Positions 14,839 through 27,652 of a stretch of 64,000 bases of DNA are shown here, piece by piece (position 1 is the first letter of the stretch; each line of letters opens with the position of its first letter). The DNA comes from Octopus vulgaris (Eukaryota). Made by a program: the position numbers and the translations under genes. Below the pieces are notes generated by a model. That model saw only the letters and a program-made list of their open reading frames with translations. It was not told the DNA's origin and did not search any database. Where the stretch lies: positions 19,220,001 through 19,284,000 of the forward strand of contig OX597814.1 in NCBI GenBank assembly GCA_951406725.2, given 5' to 3'.

Positions 14839-14995
14839 CAGCAGACATGTAGCTGACGTCAGAGAAGGTTCACCAATAAAACAATTTAATTGGACTTTGA
14901 TTGCCCATGATGAACGACTACTTAATGAATCTGGAGTTAGTGTGGCAGCCATGATGGAACCCAAGCAGGAATCAATCTTAAAGCTGGATACTTAA
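14839..14995. other. Unique-sequence island: candidate exon or cis-regulatory element
   Basis: Plus strand: pyrimidine tract, CAGCAG acceptor, 49 open codons to TAA at 14993-14995. Minus strand: ATCATGG start and CTG|GTAAGG donor. Also TGACGTCA, CCAAT and TAAT motifs. No recognisable homology. Confidence 0.3.
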
Positions 14996-15052
14996 TTACT
15001 CATTGGTATAACAGTCCGTTTCGGTTGCGTTTTCTTACATGTATATGCATGG

Positions 15053-15091
<39 letters not shown>

Positions 15092-15156
15092 GGTATATTC
15101 GCGTGTGTACACTTATATCTGTCTGCCTATATGTATGGTGCATGAATGCGCATGCG

Positions 15157-15199
<43 letters not shown>

Positions 15200-15201
<2 letters not shown>

Positions 15202-15580
15202 CGGTAGTGGTAGTGGTAGTGGTGGTACTGCTGCTGCTTGTAGTGGTTGAGGCGATGTTGTGGTGGTTGTGGTGGTGGTGGTGGTGGTGGTGGTGGTGGT
15301 GGTGGTGGTGGTGGTTGTGGTGGTTGTGGTGGTTGTGGTGGTGGTGGTTGTGGTGGTGGTGGTGGTGGTGGTGGTGGTGGTGGTGGTGGTGGTGGTGGTG
15401 GTGGTGGTGGTTGCGGCGGCGGCGGTGGTGTGTGGTGGTGCTGATGGTGACGTTTGTGATGGTGCTGCAGCTGCTATTGTTACTTCTGTTGTTTCTGCTG
15501 CAGCTGCTGCAGTTTTCTGCTGCTGCCGCTGCCGCTGCTGTTGTGGGCGGTTTCAGTTCGTCATAATAGTAGTGGTGGTT
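15200..15580. repeat. (GGT)n/(GCT)n trinucleotide microsatellite
   Basis: Directly visible. Confidence 0.95.
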
Positions 15581-16187
15581 GTAGTGATGATTTTGGAGAA
15601 GAGAGAAGAGAAGAGAAGATGAAGAAGACGACAACAATTATATTCCAAGTGGTAGGTTGTCATGGATACCGACTTTGCTATTGTTTTCCGCTGACATATG
15701 ACAGACAAAACTAAACGAAACCTTGTTATCAATCCACAGACACTTTACTCCGTATATTCAAATAGAGGATATCATTTTTAATAATTTGGTGCACGATTAA
15801 GTAGATGGACAATGACTTTACTTTGGGACATGTTTTAAAATTTAGGATTTGATAACTACAGGTACAGGTACTACTGAAAATGCGAATTTGTAAACGGTGG
15901 TGAATCTTTCACCGTTTTACTTGTTGGGTGTTATAAAATACATCTTTTATAACTTTTTGCTTTTACAGTTTTCTCGATTAGTTTCATATTTCTTCTTCAT
16001 TAACTCGATTTCTGTCTCTTCACTCTCTTCTTTCTCTCATTCTCTTCTTCTGCGTGAGTATATGTGTTTGTGTGTGTATGTGTTTGTGTGTGTATGTGTG
16101 TGTGCATGCATGTATGCTTGTTTGTATATATGTGTATGTGTGTGTATGTATAACATACTTCCTCCAGAGCCAACTGGAACAAAATTA

Positions 16188-16447
<260 letters not shown>

Positions 16448-16655
16448 TAAACACCGAGGAGGTAATATAAGATTACATAACGTTTCAACAAGCAGTTCTG
16501 TAATCCTGGCTGTTGAATTATCGAAACACGTGTCGATGAAGTATAAACATTTTATAAAGCATACAATATCATATATGTTTTCTGTATATTTTATTAACAC
16601 TATTTATGTTTGTCAATGAATGTGTGTGTGTATGTGTACGTGTGTGTGTGTGTTC

Positions 16656-16725
<70 letters not shown>

Positions 16726-17007
16726 GCCTGCCTACCCTTTTATCTCCCTCTCTCTCACACGCACAGACACACGCTCTGTATCCCTCACTACGTATCTAAC
16801 GATGTGTGTCTTCCGTTTACTTTCGCTCTGTATGCCTATCGGTCTATCTTTATCCACACTCTTTTTCACATACATTCACCCATACAACGCATAACTTCCG
16901 TCACGCGTATTCTTTACACATCACCTTCACTTTTAATATTGACATTGACGTTATATATTATTGCTCTCCTTGTTGTTATCGGCGTACTTGGTTTTGCTCT
17001 TGAGTTG

Positions 17008-17057
17008 GTGATGATGCTGATGAAGACGACGAAGAAGACGACGATGATGTTGATGAC

Positions 17058-17111
<54 letters not shown>

Positions 17112-17113
17112 AA

Positions 17114-17162
<49 letters not shown>

Positions 17163-17193
17163 CGATGATGATGATGACGATGATGATGATGAC

Positions 17194-17231
<38 letters not shown>

Positions 17232-17274
17232 CGATGATGATGATGACGATGATGATGATGATGATGATGATGAC

Positions 17275-17309
<35 letters not shown>

Positions 17310-17590
17310 CGACGATGATGATGATGATGATGATGAGGAGGAGGAGGAGGATGATGATTGCTTTGGTTCTTGATTCCACTCTTTGTTTTCTAAGCATTTC
17401 GCGTTTCTGAAGTTTTTTTTTATTTTTTGTTGAACTTCACTTATTTCTTTTTATTTTGTTATTATTCTTGTTTTTTTTCTTCTTCCTCTTCTGCCTCCTC
17501 CTCCTCCTCTTCTTCTTCTTCTTCTTCTTCTTCTACTGCTGCTGCTGTTGTTGTTTTTGTTGTTGTTGCTGTTGTTGTTGTTGTTGCTGT
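17008..17590. repeat. (GAT)n, (TCT)n and (GTT)n trinucleotide tracts
   Basis: Directly visible; source of poly-D/M/I/H pseudo-ORFs. Confidence 0.95.
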
Positions 17591-18434
17591 CCTATCCTTC
17601 CACTTTGCGAAGGTTTTATTCTGTGTTCAATAAGCATAGATTCACTGTGGCATCTGACAGTCCATATGCCACACACAACCAAGGATACAAACTATCCTAA
17701 CGCGACCAGCTGGTCTTATTAACGTAGCTGACATGGCGTGAAATAACGAAATACGCACACTCGAACACACTCACGAACCCACACACGCACAAATACTCAT
17801 ATACACATACAGACGAACACGCACATATATATACACTACAATATACATTACACCCATACAGGTATACCCGGAAATACATTAACATACGCGTATCGCACCC
17901 ATTTGTGTGTTAAGGCACACATATACGCACATATGCCAACACATACTATTTTACGTACAAACACATACACTCCGCCCAAACGGACTTTGAAAATATACTG
18001 ATACATACACATATACAGGCACACGAAAACATTTGCTTTCACAAACTTACACACACTCCACTGCATTGCACACGCACAGAACATCCTACACACACACACA
18101 CACACGAAAGCACACACAAAAAATGCACGTATACACACACAAACATCATCGGCCACCATCTTTTGATTCGTTTGACGCTATGGTCAAACTGAGAAACATA
18201 TAAAATATATTATATAAAAATGTGCTGACCACATTTCAGTTGTTTCTATATTTAATCTCTTTCAAGATGTCTATAATAATGATACTTATATAATGATTGC
18301 GCAGACATAGACATCATCATACGTTTGCAAAACCAAATACCAAAATATCGGCAATACTTTGGAAGCAAAACCCCCAATGAACTGAACGAGTTATTTGTAA
18401 GTTTGTATATATGTACGTATGCATGTATGTGTGC

Positions 18435-18472
<38 letters not shown>

Positions 18473-18505
18473 GTGTGTGTGTGTGTGTGTATATGTATGT
18501 ATATG

Positions 18506-18537
<32 letters not shown>

Positions 18538-18543
18538 TATACA

Positions 18544-18818
18544 TGTGTGTGTGTGTGTGTATATGTATGTATATGTATATATATATATATATATATGTAG
18601 TAAATCCCAAAAGGCGATTCTATCATCGGAGTATATCTTCTTCATCATTCGGAATACGCCATTTCTGCACCTGGATTATGAATTATATATATATATATAT
18701 AATTCATAATCCAGGTGCAGAAATGGCGTATTCCGAATGATGAAGAAGATATACTCCGATGATAGAATCGCCTTTTGGGATTTACTACATATATATATAT
18801 ATATATATACATATACAT

Positions 18819-18841
<23 letters not shown>
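18544..18841. repeat. Perfect 298-bp palindrome with no spacer
   Basis: Arm GTAGTAAATCCC...GATTATGAATT (18597-18684) is the exact reverse complement of 18701-18788; symmetry runs through the (AT)n centre and the flanking microsatellites. Confidence 0.95.
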
Positions 18842-18904
<63 letters not shown>

Positions 18905-19067
18905 GTATGTACATATATACGTTCAGCAAAATTTAGATTCAAATGAATATGGTACTTAAGTTAGATGCACCAGAATTTTGTATGGTGTTATCCATATAAT
19001 TCCATGGGATGATTATAATCAAAATAAGCAACAAGAATATCTTCGAAGATATCCTTGTTGCTTATTT

Positions 19068-19146
<79 letters not shown>

Positions 19147-19237
19147 TGTATGTATGTATGTATGTATGTATGTATATGAATATATACACTCATATATGTA
19201 CATGCCTACATATATATTTATATATACATGCATATAT

Positions 19238-19463
19238 GGGTACAGGACGTCAAAGGACTGTTTTAATGAAGTCGCGTCTTGTCTCTACCTTCGAAACGCG
19301 GAGTAGATAAAACAAGGGACAACTGATGAAGGGAATGTTCTTTATGTTGCCTGTCTCGTTTCTCTATTTGATTGTTTCGTTTTTCGAAAAAAGTCCGTTT
19401 TCCATGCCTTTGTTTTTTGTTCTCGTTTCTCATTTTGTTCGCATTTTTTGGCGTCCTGTACCC
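19238..19463. mobile_element. 226-bp element with 17-bp terminal inverted repeats in a TA-rich tract (MITE or inverted pLTR piece)
   Basis: GGGTACAGGACGTCAAA ... TTTGGCGTCCTGTACCC (16/17 match). Confidence 0.6.
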
Positions 19464-19467
19464 TTAT

Positions 19468-19530
<63 letters not shown>

Positions 19531-19665
19531 TATGTAGGCATGTACATGTATGTGCGTATATATGCATTAATATATATATTATTTATATTATATATGATCG
19601 AACGCTATGCACCCATTTCCAAGTAAGTTTCATCTCTACATATATATATAATATGTATGTGTATA

Positions 19666-19897
19666 TATTTCTTTACTACCCACAAGGGGCTAAACACAAA
19701 GGGCACAAACAAGGACAGACAAACGGATTAAGTCGATTATATCGACCCCAGTGCGTAACTGGTATTTAATTTATCGACCCCGAAAGGATGAAAGGCAAAG
19801 TCGACCTCGGCGGAATTTGAACTCAGAACCTAACTGCAGATGAAATACGGCTACGCATTTTGCCCGGCGTGCTAACGTTTCTGCCAGCTAGCCGCCT
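19666..19897 (-). mobile_element. SINE B, full length
   Basis: Reverse complement of consensus, from AGGCGGC to AAAGAAATA. Confidence 0.92.
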
Positions 19898-20060
19898 GTA
19901 CGTGTATATGTATTTAAATACATGCGCACACTCACAAGCACAGTATAGGGGGGAATGAAGACCTGCTTATAGGCATTCGATGTGGAGCAGGAAACAATTA
20001 AGTTTTGAGACCCCAGTGGTTTTTATTCAAATTTCAACGAGTTATTATTCCAATTTCGAC

Positions 20061-20141
20061 TATAATTTGCCTAAGCTCTCTGCTTAGTTCACCTAGATTA
20101 TAATTTGCCTAAGCTCTCAGCTTAGTTCACCTAGATTATAA
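20061..20141. repeat. 38-bp tandem duplication
   Basis: TATAATTTGCCTAAGCTCTC(T/A)GCTTAGTTCACCTAGAT twice. Confidence 0.9.
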
Positions 20142-21837
20142 ATGTATATTTATAACTATAATAATTGTCATATTAATTTATGTTACTATGTCATTCAGAA
20201 ATGCGTAAATAACCTGCAATAACCTGCAATACACTCTTGAAATATTGGTATTTGCAGATAAAGAAAATGCTTATAATGCTTAATATTCCAGTTCCAATTG
20301 AAAGAGAGTAAATGAGGAAGACTTATCTTAAATTTAGCCAGTAACATATTCTGTTGTTGATATTAACACCCAGAGGGTGCTTTCATTTATTAGCCATCTC
20401 ATTTATAGAACAAATGTGAAGATTTCCAAATAAGTAGATTCTATAAATTGGGAGATATGTGGAGCTGCAGAAAAGTTCCTGTTCTTATACAGGGCTTAGA
20501 AAAAGTGAAGGACTGCTACAATATGTGTGTGAATCTGAGAGGGGGAATCTTTTGAACAGAAACATAATTAGCTGATCGTTTTCTATTTTCTTTTACCCAA
20601 AACTAAGGACTTTTCAACATCCTCTCGTTCATACTCCGAAACACACGAATTGACAATAATGCATATAGATACTCAATATTTTCATCTGCACAACTGTATT
20701 TACACACTATGTAAACAAATGCATGAGATTGATATCCCGAATCTGAGACAAACATTTCATTCCTGCTATGCGTACTTTCTTTCCATCTTAAAGCCATCCT
20801 TTTCCTTATGTGGTACATTAAAATAAAAAGAAATTATAACCACCCATTGATAGATAAAAGGTTAGAGCAATAACGTTATATTAGAAATGCTTTTTATAAA
20901 TGAATATACATTAACGTTATTGTTTTATTTTATTATTAGATTGCCCTTTTCTATGTATAGTCTAGTTTATAGATAGACCTTTTGATAAATAGAGCAGTCT
21001 TAAGACGCTTAACTAATCTTTTCTGCCACGACTCATTTCCGTGTTCAAATTCTACCTGCATTGACATTATATTTCAGTCCAGTGATTTCGTTATATTAAC
21101 TGGAAGCATTGAGACTAATGTTGTTGAAAAACACATAAACTTCAGGCATCAATCACAGACTGAAGTTATTTTTAATTCACTTATATCGCTATTGTTCATG
21201 CAAAAATACAAAAAAAAAAGAGAAAGCAAGAAACATCAACGTCATACTTGCCATTTCACTTCCCCACAAAATAAATTTACACTAAAGCAAAACAAAAAAA
21301 ATATTCCATTGAATACCAATAAGTCTCCGATTTTATGTGAATCTCTTTTCAATGATTTATACACTAACACTCCTATACTTGTTCCAGTCAGTTGGCAATG
21401 GCGACTGCGCAGCATTTATATAACCGAAAATGAAGATAAATATTTATTTCTTCCACACAATAGTACGATAATTAGTGCCAGCTCTGTAACGTTTCATAAT
21501 GATAAATTATGTATCAGTGGGAAACCATCCGTATGGACCCTTTCCCCCAAAAAAATCTGTACGAAAGAGTCGGGTGAGGTAATGTAGAATAAAGAGTTCT
21601 GCTCTAAAGAAAAAATTCATTGGACAGATTTAATTTTACCCTCGGTAAGTAACTAGATTGACAGTTTAACCACTCGTTCATTTTGTTCCTACTCTTATAG
21701 ACAAGAATAATATTTTGGGTTAGCTGCGAATATAAATATATCTAACTTCTAAGCTTATCTACGGATTATCTCAGAAAATAACTTTATCTTATTTGTATAA
21801 CAATTTTAATCCTCAATCGGGGGAGGGTGTCCACACT

Positions 21838-22437
21838 TGTTCATTCGTGAGACGTGACAGCAAAGAAGAACACACTTTCACTCTCTGCGCGTGATTAGAC
21901 TGAGAAAGCTGGTAAGGAACCCATTAACCCAATTTGCTGACTATCCCGATGGCACGCAGATGTTGATGAATGGTTAAATGGCCAAAATCAAGCTTCTCTG
22001 CTATTTCCTCAACAGTTACGATGGGATTTTTATTCACCACGGTTTGCAGGATGACCTCGTGCAGCTCTACATAACTTCCAGGACGAGACTCGTCTCCTAA
22101 GCTGTAGTTTCCGGTTCGGAATTTCTGGAACCATCGTTACACTTAATGTCCGATCCCCATATACTGCATTAATATTCTTCGCGCTTTCTGTTGAGTTATT
22201 ACCTTAATTGAACTCATAAAGCAAAATATGCCGTATATGCTCCTTTGTCACTTCCATTTAGCTTTGAAAAATAACAATTAATATCGAACTGCACTCTTCA
22301 AAAATGCACTATGAATAAACAGAAGTTAAAATGACTACCTGCTTTTATAGCAAGTTGATGCAGGTAGATTATCCTGTCTCTCTCAGACTTTCAGTTCATG
22401 CAATTGAAACAATCACATTATTTATGGGCTGACCCAA
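21838..22437 (-). pseudogene. mariner 5' fragment (TIR plus N-terminal transposase)
   Basis: TIR TA|TTGGGTCAGCCCATAAATAATG; ATG at 22257: MEVTKEHIRHILLYEFN*G...RWFQKFRTGNYSL.DE.RPG...WVPYQL (WVPHEL motif). Confidence 0.88.
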
Positions 22438-22639
22438 TATATCGTACATTCTAGAAGGTTTGAAACTTTTTTGTAAGAGAGGTAATTATAACTCTTCTAA
22501 ATTTTATTATAAATTAAATAATTTGTTATTCCAGATTGAAGGAGACAATCGTAAGAGCACTTTCAATAAACCTTACGAAACACAGCTTTTCTCAAATGTT
22601 TAGTTTGCTGAATGCAATCGGAACGTGAAGACAATTTGT

Positions 22640-22775
22640 AAGCTCGCTATGCGATAAAGCTTTGTTTCAAAATAGGGAAAAGAACTAAAGAATATTATGA
22701 AATGGTTCAGGCTGTTTATGGACTAACTTCTATGAGCTGAGCATCTGTTTTTTCTTGGTACAAGATGCCAAATTA
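22640..22775 (+). pseudogene. mariner N-terminal HTH fragment
   Basis: RYAIKLCFKIGKRTKEYYEMVQAVYGLTSMS*ASVFSWYK. Confidence 0.7.
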
Positions 22776-22939
22776 CGTAAAAATATAATTACAATGAAAT
22801 AAAAGAAATTTTGAAGGAATGTACATGTGTGCGCCACAGCGTATATATATGTACGCGTAAATATCTATATAATTTTTTTTTTTTGTAATGAGATAACAAA
22901 CCAAGGCTGTTTATATTTTAGAACATTTATAGATAGAAG

Positions 22940-22987
22940 GTCTTACAGCTGTTTCCAGGATATTTATTATATCCCTTCATCGGAGAC
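22940..22987 (-). ncRNA. Minimal hammerhead ribozyme motif (CCGAUGA core) in pLTR-like fragment (about 22885-23055)
   Basis: Minus strand: GTCT-CCGATGA-A-GGGATAT-AATAA-ATATCCT-G-GAAA-CAGCTG-TA^AGAC; stems I and II intact; palindromic CAGCTG. Confidence 0.8.
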
Positions 22988-23089
22988 GGCTTGAGAAGAT
23001 GGTTAAACAATAGTTAATTTAGATAAGATACGAAATAGAGAGTGAGGTGGAGGAATCCTCTCATAATTCACACACACACTCTCTCTCTC

Positions 23090-23154
<65 letters not shown>

Positions 23155-24106
23155 GTGCGTGTCTGTGCGTGAGTGTGTGTATGAATAAGAAGCTGTAACA
23201 TGCATTAACAAAAGAATGGAAGAAAAGCAGAAGAAAGCCAGCAAGAGAGTAAAAAGAGAATGGTTAACAAAATAACAGTTAAAGTTTTTCCGATTATGTT
23301 TAGATATAACGAAAATTTGCCGAAAGTAAATTAAGTTGAAAAAAAAAAAAGAAAAATACAGAAGCTACATAAAATTCTCAAAAATATCTACTTTTGCTGA
23401 TTACTTAAAAGTCCCGATAAATAGATTACCAAAATCGTTGCTTGGTAACTTCTTTGATCCACATTTTACGACCAATAAAAATAATTGTTGAAAATAAGAA
23501 ATAATATTTCCCCACCCCCACCCCTTCTATATTACTATTCTTAATCTTTTGTGGCCAGTAGTCATTCTGTCAAACGTTTTTATCTCAATGTCCGTGATGG
23601 ATTTGGAATTCAAAAGTTATCTGGCCCTAAAGCTGTGTACGTTATTGATGTAAAACCGAGAAAAAGAATATTTTATTCATACTGCGAAAGCTAGAGGAGT
23701 TTCCAGCAACACGCTGGTGTGAAAGAATCAACAATGAAACAGGAATCAGCCGAAATGGGTCTCAGAATAGACTGCAGAGATTTCACAAAGAACACAGAAC
23801 ATTCAGTAGTGAAAGCGGTTGTCTATCGTAGCCTGAGCTGGTACTGCTTAAAGCAAACTAAAACTAAAACTAAACCCATTTACGGGGTCTCTACTCCAGT
23901 GCTTTTCCGTGGGGCCGGGCTATATTATGGTGGACCGTGGATTAATTCAGAATGGATAGTAAGTAAGAAATGAATAAGATTTGCATATTTAAATTCTTCC
24001 TTTCCTTTTCTTCTCATTCTTGACCATTTCACTTCAAAAAATTTTTTTCTTTTTATTCTGTATAAATGTATATACATGGGTGCTACATTATATTTATTTA
24101 TCGCGA

Positions 24107-24559
24107 AGGCGGCGAGCTGGCAGAGTCGTTAGCACGCCGAGCGAAATGCTTAGCGGTATTTCGTCTGTCGTTACGTTGTGAGTTCAAATTCCGCCGAGGT
24201 CGACTTTGCCTTTCATCCTTTCGGGGTCGATAAATTAAGCACCAGTTAGGCACTGGGGTCGATGTAATCAACTTAATACCTATGTCTGTCCTTGTTTGTC
24301 CCCTCTATGTTTAGCCCCTTGTGGGTAGTAAAGAAATATATATTTATTTTTCGCGAAGGCGGCGAGCTGGCAGAAACGTTAGCACGCCGGGCGAAATGCT
24401 TTGCAGTATTTCGTCCGCCGTTACGTTCTTAGTTCAAATTCCGCCGAGGTCGACTTTGCCTTTCATCCTTTCGGGGTCGATTAAATAAGTACCAGTTACG
24501 CACTGGGGGCATTATAATCGACTTAATCCGTGTGTCTGTCCTTGTTCGTCCCCTCTGTT
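24107..24559 (+). mobile_element. Two adjacent SINE B copies
   Basis: Copies at 24107-24338 and 24357-24559; both preceded by TATATTTATTT(A/T)TCGCGA, consistent with a TSD. Confidence 0.9.
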
Positions 24560-24675
24560 GAGTAATAATTACTTGCTAGGGAACATATGTAGCCTGGAAT
24601 TTCCCTGCTTCACTCCCTCAATTTGTAAACACACACACACACACACACAACACACACACACATATCTTCTTTTTT

Positions 24676-25014
24676 TCTTTTACTAGTTTCAGTCATTTGA
24701 CAGCGGCCATGCTGGAGTATTGCCTTTAGTCGAACTAATAGACCCCAGGACTTTTTCTTCGTGAGCCTAGTACTTATTCTATCGGTCTCTTTTGACGAAC
24801 CACTAAGTTACGGGGACGTAAATATACCAACTTCGGTTGTCAAGCGATGGTGGGAGGACAAACACAAACATACACACACACACACACATTAACATATATA
24901 TACGGAGGGTTTCTTTCAGTTTCCGTCTACCAAAATCCACTCACAAAGATTTGGCCAGCCCGAGGCTATAGTTGGATACACTTGCCCAAGGTGCCACGCT
25001 GTGGGACTGGATCC
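24676..25014 (-). mobile_element. SINE A, 5'-truncated
   Basis: Matches consensus. Confidence 0.88.
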
Positions 25015-25404
25015 AGAAAGACACACACACGCACACACACACACTTACAAGCACACGCACACACACGCACGTGTGCACACTCACACTCACGCACACACGC
25101 GCCGCGCAAGGCGCAGAAGTACGCATACCTCACATATTATAATTCAACGTTTATACAATATTTTTTGGAATATATGCAAAGAAATAATTTTCAAATGAGT
25201 TACTCTTTAGTTCTAAATTTGAAGAGCTTATCTAAGATTATAATCAATTTGTCTGTAATTATCTTTCACAGACACAATATAACCACGACCTCATTATCCA
25301 ATGTTTATATGTGTGCGTGTGTTTTAGTGTGTGTGCGCGCGCACGTATGTATACAAAGATTTTTTCAGGAGAAACAGATAATTATTTTCAAAGAAGTACA
25401 AAAT

Positions 25405-25835
25405 TCTTATGTCCTTCAAATAACGGTACTCTAATATCAATGCACCGGCTTTAGCAGAACTACCGCTTCGTGAAAATCCCCATAGAAGTCCTCTCAAGTG
25501 AGGGTGTCCAGGATAATTACTACAGCCACTTTCACCTTTTCCTTCAACTCGGGGAACAACCAAAAATTTCAGAGACAGAGCAATTTCTGGATTGCAGGAA
25601 AGGTGAGGGGCAGTTTTTATGTTCATCACCGTCTAATAGTTAATTACCTGGATGAAACGATGGACTGGTACATTGTGGTAGCCCAGGCGCTCTGCCTTTT
25701 GCGGAATAATCTCTTCCTGAACTCACTCAGAACCTTTACAAAGTACACTTTGTTAACGGAAGATTGTGAGTGTACATGATGCCCATGATATCGGAAAAAG
25801 GATCGTCCTGCGCTTCTTGGTACAAGATGCCAAAT
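25405..25835 (-). pseudogene. Decayed mariner catalytic-domain fragment
   Basis: VNKVYFVKVLSEFRKRLFRKR...VPVH...MNIKTAPHLSCNPEIA...FWLFPELKEK (cf. PHPPYSPDLAP.DFWLFP.LK); frameshifts. Confidence 0.72.
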
Positions 25836-25985
25836 AAAAGAATATTCCGGAGATGTACTTGCATAGCAAGTGATCTGATCTGAGATCGTGTACAGGAACG
25901 AAAACAATTGCAGCGTGGAAGGTGCTTGTAAGCCATTTAAGAAACACACGAAAACCGTTAGATTCACTTCAACATTTAAATTTAA

Positions 25986-26036
25986 TTTGCCAAAATATTT
26001 TCGTCACTTTGAGACCGCGACCTGTTCACTGACAAA
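25986..26036 (-). ncRNA. Hammerhead-like motif with swapped G3-C8 core (GUGAACA)
   Basis: Minus strand: TTTGTCA-GTGAACA-G-GTCGC-GGTCTCAAA-GTGAC-GAAA-ATAT-TT^TGGCAAA; stem I 7 bp, stem II 5 bp, palindromic ATAT. Confidence 0.6.
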
Positions 26037-26427
26037 ATTCCGTGCAAAGAATATTCATACTCTTAAAAAGACACGCTCTGTTTAATTGCCCAGGCATAAC
26101 GTCATGGAATGCTCGAATTTGTCCGGTGGCTCTTGCAGTATGAATGGTAGGGCAGTGAACCAAATATCCTGAAGTTCACGAGCCGTAGCAGTCAACTGAC
26201 ATCTGGGAATTAATGAATGAAATGAGGTCGAAAGAAAAGAATGTGTTGAAGATGTATGAAATGTGAGGTGAGAATAGAGAGACGAGGAGACGATGTTTAT
26301 TTACATTAAATAGTTCGAGTGATGTCAATTGGCCTCAACCATTAGTAGTTTTATATTATTACTAAACCTCTGTATATGCATGTGGGCGGGAGGCACATGT
26401 GCGTGCGTGTGTGTGTGTGTTCAGTAT

Positions 26428-26820
26428 TCTTTCTTCTTCTTTAGCACTCCGTCGGTTACGACGATGAGGGTCCCAGCTGATACGATCAACGGAACAGCTT
26501 GCTCGTGGAATTAACGTGCAAGTGGCTGAGCACTCCACAGACACGTGTACCCTTAACGTAGTTCTCGAGGAGACTCAGCGTGACACAGAGTGTGACAAGG
26601 CCGGCCCTTTGAAATACAGGTACAGAAACAGGAAGAAAGAGTGAGAGAAAGTTGTGGTGAAAGAGTACAGCAGGGTTCACCACCACCCCCATGCAGGAGC
26701 CTCGTGAAGCTTTAGGTGTTTTCGCTCAATAAACACTCACAATGACCGGTCTGGGAATCGAAACCGCGATCCTACGACCGCGAGTCCGCTGCCGTAACCA
26801 CTGGGCCATTGCGCCTCCAC
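26428..26820 (-). mobile_element. SINE C, full length with TSD
   Basis: TSD GTGTTCAGTAT at 26417 and 26821. Confidence 0.93.
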
Positions 26821-27449
26821 GTGTTCAGTATAAGCACACGAAGTATCGATGATAAAAAGAATGATGTTTATATTTAGGTTTAAACCATTTTTACACAACA
26901 GACACTGCAAGCTCCAAATGATATCACCGATCTAGATTCAGCACTGACGATGCGAAATGAGGCTGTATATACACCACCGGAAGTTCTTGTTGACCAACAA
27001 CAGCAGTAATTTTATTCAGCTGAATACACGTCATTGATTGGTTGAAATTACCGAAATACGATAATTTTAACGTGAAATAACTTGGTAAATATAAGTTTTT
27101 CTCAAAAATGCTAAGAGTAAAAGATGTTTTATATGACACATTCTACCAGTGTCCGAAGTTTGAAAGTGTTTATTTACAAAAATTTATTTTTAAATCTGTA
27201 GGTCAAAAGGTAAAGAGCCCCACCCTGCATAATAATTATTTCGGATATCGGAACAGAGGTAAACTTATTATATCGCCTCCTCTACTCAACAGGTACCTAT
27301 TTTATAAGCATCGAAAGGGTGAAAGAAAAAGTGAACAACGGTGGATCTTGTACTCAGAACGTGAGGACGGACGAACTGTCGACGTGTTAAATATTTTGCG
27401 AGCTCGCTGTCTTCGCCCAGTTTAATAATTCTTTCTGCTATACCTAAAA

Positions 27450-27652
27450 GTGACAGAAATTTTAGGGGAGGAGACTAGACGATTACATCAAAACCACAGA
27501 TCAAGCGGTTCTTACGTTATCAACCCTAAAAAAAAAAAGAATGAAATAGAAATTCTACTTTGGTGGAATTTGAACTCAGAAACATGAAGACGAACGAAAT
27601 GCTGTTAAGAGTTTTGCCCGTCATGCTAACGAGTCTGCCACCTCGCTGCCTT
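27450..27652 (-). mobile_element. Degenerate SINE B-related copy
   Basis: GGAATTTGAACTCAGAA...GCTAACGAGTCTGCCACCTCGCTGCC. Confidence 0.7.

Noticed and set aside
17646-17673. Hairpin TGTGGCAT...ATGCCACA as a miRNA precursor
   Set aside because: Stem of only 8 bp; too short, and no known mature miRNA recognised.
20982-21587. 201-aa ORF
   Set aside because: Non-ATG start, AT-rich low-information sequence, no recognisable motif.
23690-23880. Possible decayed LINE 3' end with (CTAAAA)n tail
   Set aside because: Too degenerate to assign without an alignment.
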